A model generated the notes under the pieces. The model saw only the letters and a program-made list of their open reading frames with translations, did not search any database and was not told the DNA's origin. Source: an uncultured delta proteobacterium (GTDB lineage: Bacteria; Myxococcota_A; Polyangia; Polyangiales; Polyangiaceae). Taken from it: 64,000 nt of DNA. Made by a program: the position numbers and the translations under genes. Location: positions 544,001 to 608,000 of the forward strand of contig CAVOKF010000004.1 of the NCBI GenBank assembly GCA_963696385.1, given 5' to 3'. Positions 58,326-64,000 of this stretch are shown here, piece by piece (within the stretch, counting starts at the first letter, position 1; each line of letters begins with the position of its first letter).

Positions 58326-58994
58326 GTGGACTCGTATTCGGCCAAGGCCCCCCCCGCGCTCTCGGCGCCCCTGCCACCCGCGGACGCGGCGGCCGCCGCA
58401 GGATCACGCGACGCCCTGCCGAGTTACGCCCGCGCCCCCGGCGACATCTATCCACGTGGGGCTCGCGAGCGCGCGCTGTGCGACATCGCGAGCCATGCGG
58501 ACTGGGAATACCTCGTCGGCCTGGTGCTTCTGGACTCGGGTGCGGTCGTCGTCGGAAGCTTGAACAAGATCAAGTCGTCGCCCACCCTTCCCGCTCGCTT
58601 CGTCGGACCCACCGCGATCGGATTCGCGTGGGGCCTTACGGTGGCGGGCGCCTGGCTGGCGATGCCCAAGTGCTCCCCCGAATGGGTCGGCGAATCGCCC
58701 CGCGAAGGAACGGTTCACGTCACGTGGCCCATCGCGCTGTCGTTTGCGCTCCTCGCGGGCGCGACCGCTCCCGTGGTGAACGCAGTTATCGCGGGCTACG
58801 ACACGACGAGCCCGTATTCGACCCTCGAGCGCGAAATGCACATCGTCGCCGCGGGGCTGGCCGGGTTCGGCGGCGCGCTCATCCCGTATCTAGTGCCGCC
58901 GCGGACATGGGCTGCGGTCCAGGAGCTCGATCGGATTCGCATCGGCCCAGACGGTCGAGGCGGTTGGTGCTTCGGGTACGTCGCGCGATTCTAA
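58326..58994 (+). CDS. Hypothetical membrane protein
   Basis: About four hydrophobic segments; C-terminal Phe; TGCTACATT upstream. Confidence 0.7.
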   Translation: MDSYSAKAPPALSAPLPPADAAAAAGSRDALPSYARAPGDIYPRGARERALCDIASHADWEYLVGLVLLDSGAVVVGSLNKIKSSPTLPARFVGPTAIGFAWGLTVAGAWLAMPKCSPEWVGESPREGTVHVTWPIALSFALLAGATAPVVNAVIAGYDTTSPYSTLEREMHIVAAGLAGFGGALIPYLVPPRTWAAVQELDRIRIGPDGRGGWCFGYVARF

Positions 58995-59007
58995 AGGGGG
59001 CCCGACC

Positions 59008-61275
59008 TCAACTCGCAGGCTTCAGGAAGCGCGCGAGGATCTTCTTTTCGCCCCATCCTGGGAAGAAGGCGACGACCGCCGGCTCGCCGACCGTGACGAC
59101 CCGCACGACCTGTCCGTCACCGAAGCGTTGGTGCTTGACTCTGGCGCCACGTCGCAGCGGCATACACGCGATTTCTTCCGGCGGATCGTCGAAAAATTCG
59201 CTGTCGATGAAGCGCTCTCCCGGCTTGGGCGCCGCTATGGGCGCGGCCTGCGGGTGGCGCCACGAGCCGCGGGCAGGCGTCTCGTCGGGAGCACGGTCCA
59301 CGTACCTGCTTCCGAAGCGGGGCTCGCCGCTCATGGCCGTCGTCGACCGGTGCTCCGTAACGCTGCTCGGCAGCTCCCCGAGAAATCGGCTGGGCCGATT
59401 CCATCGTGTAGTGCCGAAAATCTGACGCATCTGAGTGTGCGTCATCACGAGCTGGCGGCGCGCGCGCGTGATCGCCACGTAGGCGAGGCGGCGCTCCTCT
59501 TCGAGCTCGTCGCGCTCGCCAGGATCAACGCCTCTGTACGGGAACATCTCTTCTTCCATGCCCGTGAGAAAGACCCTTTCGAACTCCAGGCCCTTGGCCC
59601 CGTGGACCGTCATGAGGGTGACACGCTTGCCGCTTTCGAGGGCGTCCACGTCGTTGACGAGGGTGACGCGCTCGAGGAATGCGGCGAGCGTGGCTGTCTC
59701 GCCGGCGGCTTCCGCCTCTGCTTCATAGTCTTGCAACGACCCAACGAGTTCGCGCAGATTTTCGACTCGCGCGTCCGACTCTGCGGAGTCCTCCTTCTCG
59801 AGCGCACTCCAATAGCCGGACTCGGCGAGCGCCCGCTCGAGCAGACCGGTTGGCGCGAGTGACTCGGCCGCGGCCCGCAGACCCTCGAGAAGCTGGCGGA
59901 AGGCCTGAAGCTTCTTCTTCGCGGATGCCCCGAGGTCGTCGATCTCGTCGACGTGCGCCAGCGCCTCGAACAACGCGACGCCGTTTACGGTGGCCCACGT
60001 GGTGAATCGATCGACGGTCGTCTGCCCGATCCCGCGCGCCGGCACATTGACGATGCGCAACAGATCGACGTCCGATCGCGGATTGACCAGGACGCGCAGA
60101 TAGGAGAGGGCGTCCTTGATCTCGGCGCGATCGTAGAACTTGGTCCCACCCACGATCTGGTAGGCGATGTTGGCTGCGCGGAGGGCTTCCTCGAGGACGC
60201 GCGACTGCGCGTGGATGCGGTAGAAGACGGCGATTTCGCTCAAGTCGACCCCGTCGGCCCCGGCGCTTCGAATCGCGTCGACGACGAACGCGGCCTCGTC
60301 GCGCTCGTCGCGGGCGGCCACGAGCTGCACCGGCGCGCCGGCGGCGTTTGCCGTCCATAGCTCCTTCGGCTCGCGTTCGTTCGACCGCGCGATGACTCCG
60401 AGAGCGGCGGTAACGATGCACTGGGTCGACCGGTAGTTTTGCTCGAGCTTCACGACGGCTGCATCGGCGTAGTCGTGTCGAAACCCGCGGATGTTGCGAA
60501 CGTCGGCGCCGCGCCAGCGATAGATGCTCTGATCGTCGTCCCCCACGACGCACAGATTGCGGTGGTCTTTCGCGAGTTCTCGCAGGAGTCGGTACTGCGT
60601 GGCGTTGGTGTCCTGGAACTCGTCCACCAGCACGTAGTCGAACCTGCGCCGAATCCGTTCGCCCTCGGGCGTGCTGTCGAGGAGACGGGCGACCAGCAGA
60701 ATCAGGTCTTCGAAATCGACCGCATTGGCGGAGCGGAGTCTCTCTTCGTAGGTGCGAAATATTCGGATCGCCACGTCGTCGACGTACGAGTGCGCGGCCG
60801 CCTCTTCTGGCCCGCGTCCCTCTTGCTTGTGCTGGTGAATGTGCGTCAATACGGCGCGCGGGGGATAGCGGCGCTCGTCGAGGTCGAGGTCCTTGAGTGC
60901 ACGTGCGACGACGGCCCTCTGATCGCTGACGTCGTAGATCACGAAGTTTGGCTGAACGCCGACTGCAGCGCCGTGCGCTCGCAGCAGCTTGGCGCAGGTT
61001 GCGTGGAATGTTCCCACCCAGAGAGAGCGCGCGAGGTCTGCGCCGCAGAGCCGCTCGAGCCGATGGCGCATCTCGCCCGCAGCCTTGTTCGTGAATGTGA
61101 CGGCGAGAATGCGCCACGGGGGGACCCGCACGCACGCCAGCAAGTTCGCAATCCGGTACGTAATGACTCTGGTTTTGCCGCTCCCGGCTCCGGCAAACAC
61201 CAACAGGGGTCCTTGCACGTGCGCGACCGCGGCGGCCTGAGGGTCGTTCAGCTCCGCCTCGAACATCTCGCGCAA
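59008..61275 (-). CDS. UvrD/PcrA superfamily 1 DNA helicase
   Basis: AGAGSGKT, TFTNKAA, VDEFQD, QNYRS, TVHGAKGLEF, YVAITRA, C-terminal Tudor-like HQRFG.G. Confidence 0.96.
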   Translation of the reverse strand: MREMFEAELNDPQAAAVAHVQGPLLVFAGAGSGKTRVITYRIANLLACVRVPPWRILAVTFTNKAAGEMRHRLERLCGADLARSLWVGTFHATCAKLLRAHGAAVGVQPNFVIYDVSDQRAVVARALKDLDLDERRYPPRAVLTHIHQHKQEGRGPEEAAAHSYVDDVAIRIFRTYEERLRSANAVDFEDLILLVARLLDSTPEGERIRRRFDYVLVDEFQDTNATQYRLLRELAKDHRNLCVVGDDDQSIYRWRGADVRNIRGFRHDYADAAVVKLEQNYRSTQCIVTAALGVIARSNEREPKELWTANAAGAPVQLVAARDERDEAAFVVDAIRSAGADGVDLSEIAVFYRIHAQSRVLEEALRAANIAYQIVGGTKFYDRAEIKDALSYLRVLVNPRSDVDLLRIVNVPARGIGQTTVDRFTTWATVNGVALFEALAHVDEIDDLGASAKKKLQAFRQLLEGLRAAAESLAPTGLLERALAESGYWSALEKEDSAESDARVENLRELVGSLQDYEAEAEAAGETATLAAFLERVTLVNDVDALESGKRVTLMTVHGAKGLEFERVFLTGMEEEMFPYRGVDPGERDELEEERRLAYVAITRARRQLVMTHTQMRQIFGTTRWNRPSRFLGELPSSVTEHRSTTAMSGEPRFGSRYVDRAPDETPARGSWRHPQAAPIAAPKPGERFIDSEFFDDPPEEIACMPLRRGARVKHQRFGDGQVVRVVTVGEPAVVAFFPGWGEKKILARFLKPAS

Positions 61276-61352
61276 CGTAAGCGGGCGCCCGAGCCGAGTC
61301 GAGCGCGAGAGGGAGACCGCGGCCTCCAGGGTCGGGACCGCGGCGAGTGCGC

Positions 61353-62048
61353 TTACCGGTAGTCCTCCGACGTGAAGCGGACCTCGGAGAGGCCCCGCGC
61401 GTCCATCGCGCCCCGAAGAGCGTCGACGAGAATCGCCACGACGTCGAACCGCGTGCTCGGCGCGTAGTACTCTTCGTCATCGACAATCGGCAGAGCTGCG
61501 AGGCGTCGCTCGACCGAATCTCGCTCGGACGGGTCGAGCTCGAAGTGCGCGTTCCAGCCGTCCGCTGACTCGAGGGTGAGCGCCTCGCGCACCATGCCGA
61601 TCGGGTTGAAAGTGCAGTAGACGGTCGATAGGCAGAGCTTCCATTGAAACATCTCGCCGTCCGTCACGATCCACGTGCCGCCGAACGCCCGGCGGATGAC
61701 CTCTCCCAAGTAGGCTCCCGCGGCCGACCCGACCAGATCCATAAGCTCGGCGCGCCGGCCGAGCTCGGGGCGCGCATCGCGAACCCATTGGTCAACGAAG
61801 CTCAGGGTTTCTTGTGAAAAATCAAGGGTGGCGCCGTATCGCGCGCCAATGAAACGCACACATGCGGCCGCCAGATCAGCGACTTGCTGAGGCGCGGCAT
61901 CGACGGGCTCCGGAACGGGATCGGTGAGGACGTACGTCTCCTCCGCCTCGTCCTCCGCCATCTCGGCGTGGATAGAGCCGTCTTCTCTGGCTCGCGCCGC
62001 ACGCGCGGCACCCGCGACGTCATCCGTCTCTCGCGTCTCGCCGGTCAT
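61353..62048 (-). CDS. Conserved hypothetical protein
   Basis: LDFS.ETL..VD, GAYLGEVIRR..GG.W, FNPIG; start may lie downstream (MAED at ~61961). Confidence 0.7.
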   Translation of the reverse strand: MTGETRETDDVAGAARAARAREDGSIHAEMAEDEAEETYVLTDPVPEPVDAAPQQVADLAAACVRFIGARYGATLDFSQETLSFVDQWVRDARPELGRRAELMDLVGSAAGAYLGEVIRRAFGGTWIVTDGEMFQWKLCLSTVYCTFNPIGMVREALTLESADGWNAHFELDPSERDSVERRLAALPIVDDEEYYAPSTRFDVVAILVDALRGAMDARGLSEVRFTSEDYR

Positions 62049-62165
62049 CCTACAGGGGACGTAAGCCCGAACGGTGAGACGCGCAAGCGCGCCAAATGGG
62101 TGCGGCCGATGGGACGGTGCGTCGGGCCTGGCGGTTCAGAGCCCGTCGCTCTACGGTGCTGGTCA

Positions 62166-62903
62166 ATGCGCCTCGGGATCTTCAGTGACATTCACGCAAA
62201 CGTCGAAGCGCTGTCCGCCGTCCTCGAGGCCTACACCACGGAGAAAATCGACATTTTTTACTGCCTTGGCGACACCGTTGGCTACGGGGGATCGCCGAAT
62301 GAATGCGCGGATCTCGTTCGCGAGACGGCCAGGACGACCATTCTAGGCAACCACGACGCGGCCGTGAGCGGACGGATGGACTATTCGTATTATTACGAAG
62401 CGGCTCGTCATGCGCTCGATGCGCACGCCGCCATGCTGTCGGAGGCCAACATGGCTTGGCTGAAGGCGCTTCCCTATCAGGAGCGGCTCGACGACTTCGG
62501 TGTCCTGCTCTGCCACGGTTCGCCTGTCCGTCTCGAAGAGTTCGAGTACATCTTTGCGCCCGAGCAGGCTCGCGAGTGCCTGGCCATCTGGGACCGGATT
62601 GGACACATTACGCTCATCGGGCACTCTCACCTGTGCAAGGTATTCGCGCTGACCGAGGGCAATGTCGAAGAACTGCCGGCCGCCGACTTCGACCTCGAAC
62701 CTGACAAAAAGTACATCGTGAGCGTTGGTTCGGTCGGTCAGCCGCGGGATTTCGACAACCGCGCAAGCTACACGGTTTACGATACCGATAAGAAGCGTTT
62801 CGAGTTCAAGCGCGTCGAATACGATATCGAGCTCGCCGCGGACAAAGTTCTGCGCGCCCGTCTCGAGAGAAATTTCGCACATCGGCTCTTCATCGGCGTC
62901 TAA
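62166..62903 (+). CDS. Calcineurin-like metallophosphoesterase
   Basis: SDIHAN, GDTVGYG, GNHD, HGSP, GHSH, GSVGQPRD. Confidence 0.93.
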   Translation: MRLGIFSDIHANVEALSAVLEAYTTEKIDIFYCLGDTVGYGGSPNECADLVRETARTTILGNHDAAVSGRMDYSYYYEAARHALDAHAAMLSEANMAWLKALPYQERLDDFGVLLCHGSPVRLEEFEYIFAPEQARECLAIWDRIGHITLIGHSHLCKVFALTEGNVEELPAADFDLEPDKKYIVSVGSVGQPRDFDNRASYTVYDTDKKRFEFKRVEYDIELAADKVLRARLERNFAHRLFIGV

Positions 62904-62987
62904 GTCTAAGTACACCGCCCCAGGAGCAAAGGGGTCAGCCGAGAATCCGCCCAACCGCACGCCCCGGCGCGCCAACGCGCGGGAGAG

Positions 62988-63356
62988 TCAATTCGTCGTC
63001 GCTCGACCGCCTCGGCGGCCGAACGTGCGCTCCCAAGACGCTCGATAGGCCGCGGTTGCCACCTGCGCCGGCCCGTCCCAATCCTGCCGGACGGCTGGGG
63101 CGGCACCCGGTAGCTGGTACTCGACCTTGACGTCGTGGACGTTCGGCAAACCCGGACGCGGCGAAAGGCTCACGACTTCTCCTGCGCCCGGCAGTGGGCG
63201 CCCTTCGCGAAGGGGTCGGACCTCGCCGGCCTCGAGTTTTCCAGGTCGCGCACGCAACACGCACGCACCCTCGCCATCGGTCGTCTTGCCGTGCACCAGC
63301 ACCACGTCGAAGGTCTCTCCCCCTACATTTTTTTGGTCGGAGGACACGGATTTCAA
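62988..63356 (-). CDS. Small hypothetical protein
   Basis: DVVLVHG.T.DGEG..VLRAR..GPAQVAT.AYR.SWE.TF; protein-like. Confidence 0.65.
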   Translation of the reverse strand: MKSVSSDQKNVGGETFDVVLVHGKTTDGEGACVLRARPGKLEAGEVRPLREGRPLPGAGEVVSLSPRPGLPNVHDVKVEYQLPGAAPAVRQDWDGPAQVATAAYRASWERTFGRRGGRATTN

Positions 63357-63361
63357 AAAGC

Positions 63362-64000
63362 TTACGGCGCCGAGCCGCTCCCGTCGAGGGCTGAACGTCG
63401 TGCCAAAGGATCAAGCGGGCGGGCGGGCGGCGATCGAGACCCCGCTGTGACGCCGCTCCCGGCGACGATGTCCCGCACGAACGTCGAGACCTCCGCGCGA
63501 ACGCGCCACGTCTCGGCGGCGTCGCCGAGACGGCCGATGATCGAAAACTGAACCGGAGCGCCGCGAGCGTGCGTGAACTTCGAGAGTTTGGCCGTCAGCG
63601 TAGAGTGAGCGATGGGCGTGGCCATGGGTGCGCGGCCCGGGACAATCAGTTCCGCTCGTTCGATTCGAATCTCCTCCGGATCCTTTCCGGCTGTCGCAGC
63701 GGGCTGGAACAGTTCGAGGGCCAGGCTCGGCCGAACCTGCGGTGACGGTGCCACAAAGTCGAGCCCGTTGTCTGTCAGGGGCCCGACCACAAAATGTGTG
63801 CCGTCGCGCTGATCCCTTACGACCACCCCTCGCGCGATGTCCGCTTCCGTCGTGAGATCGACGTCGAGGGAGGTTGAGGCCTCGGCGTTGTCGACGCGCA
63901 ATCTTCCGATGACGCGCGGCATCTCGTCCGGCCGCGCCGCCGTGTCGCTCGGCGCGATGACGGCGCGAAAGCGATCGGCAGCGCGTTCGCACCGGCCTAC
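63362..64000 (-). CDS. Hypothetical protein (5' end outside window)
   Basis: Frame of ORF 63362..63922 stays open to the window edge. Confidence 0.55.
   Translation of the reverse strand, partial: VGRCERAADRFRAVIAPSDTAARPDEMPRVIGRLRVDNAEASTSLDVDLTTEADIARGVVVRDQRDGTHFVVGPLTDNGLDFVAPSPQVRPSLALELFQPAATAGKDPEEIRIERAELIVPGRAPMATPIAHSTLTAKLSKFTHARGAPVQFSIIGRLGDAAETWRVRAEVSTFVRDIVAGSGVTAGSRSPPARPLDPLARRSALDGSGSAP

Noticed and set aside
57425..61486. Long alternative-frame ORFs (666 aa, 587 aa) over prmC and uvrD
   Set aside because: Arg/Ala/Pro-rich shadow translations overlapping clearly identified genes.
1..64000. Search by eye for tRNA/rRNA, integrases, transposases, phage, defence or biosynthetic-cluster genes
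   Set aside because: No supporting motifs or compositional island seen; a covariance-model scan would be needed to exclude small RNAs.

Overview
High-GC (by eye ~65-70%) chromosomal segment from a myxobacterium, most likely Polyangiales/Sorangiineae-like. The evidence is mglBA, a FrzS-like pseudo-receiver, a MYXO-CTERM protein, a DUF1592/DUF1552 pair, a Ser/Thr kinase-PEGA cassette and many DAG/DGG-rich lipoproteins. It holds about 58 protein-coding genes. I saw no tRNA, rRNA, CRISPR array, transposase or phage genes. The left ~28 kb is accessory/envelope-rich: a MocR-aminotransferase divergon; an ECF sigma/FecR/outer-membrane protein/pseudo-SGNH/DUF1592-DUF1552 cassette; malic enzyme; a kinase/TPR-PEGA/lipoprotein/PstS-like cassette; and BCP with an encapsulated ferritin and encapsulin. 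The right part is mostly housekeeping and motility (phoU, hflX, aroA, ctaA, queD, mglBA, hisIE, frzS-like, dnaJ, ligA, prmC, uvrD/pcrA). Four genes (SGNH-like, encapsulin, aroA, GH3) are split by apparent frameshifts, most simply explained as sequencing errors. The best candidates for an undescribed system are the two envelope-sensing cassettes (2744-10280 and 12512-16916), which lack the usual TonB receptor or ABC transporter and include a surface SGNH-fold protein with a rewired active site. All family calls come from motif recognition by eye, not from database searches.
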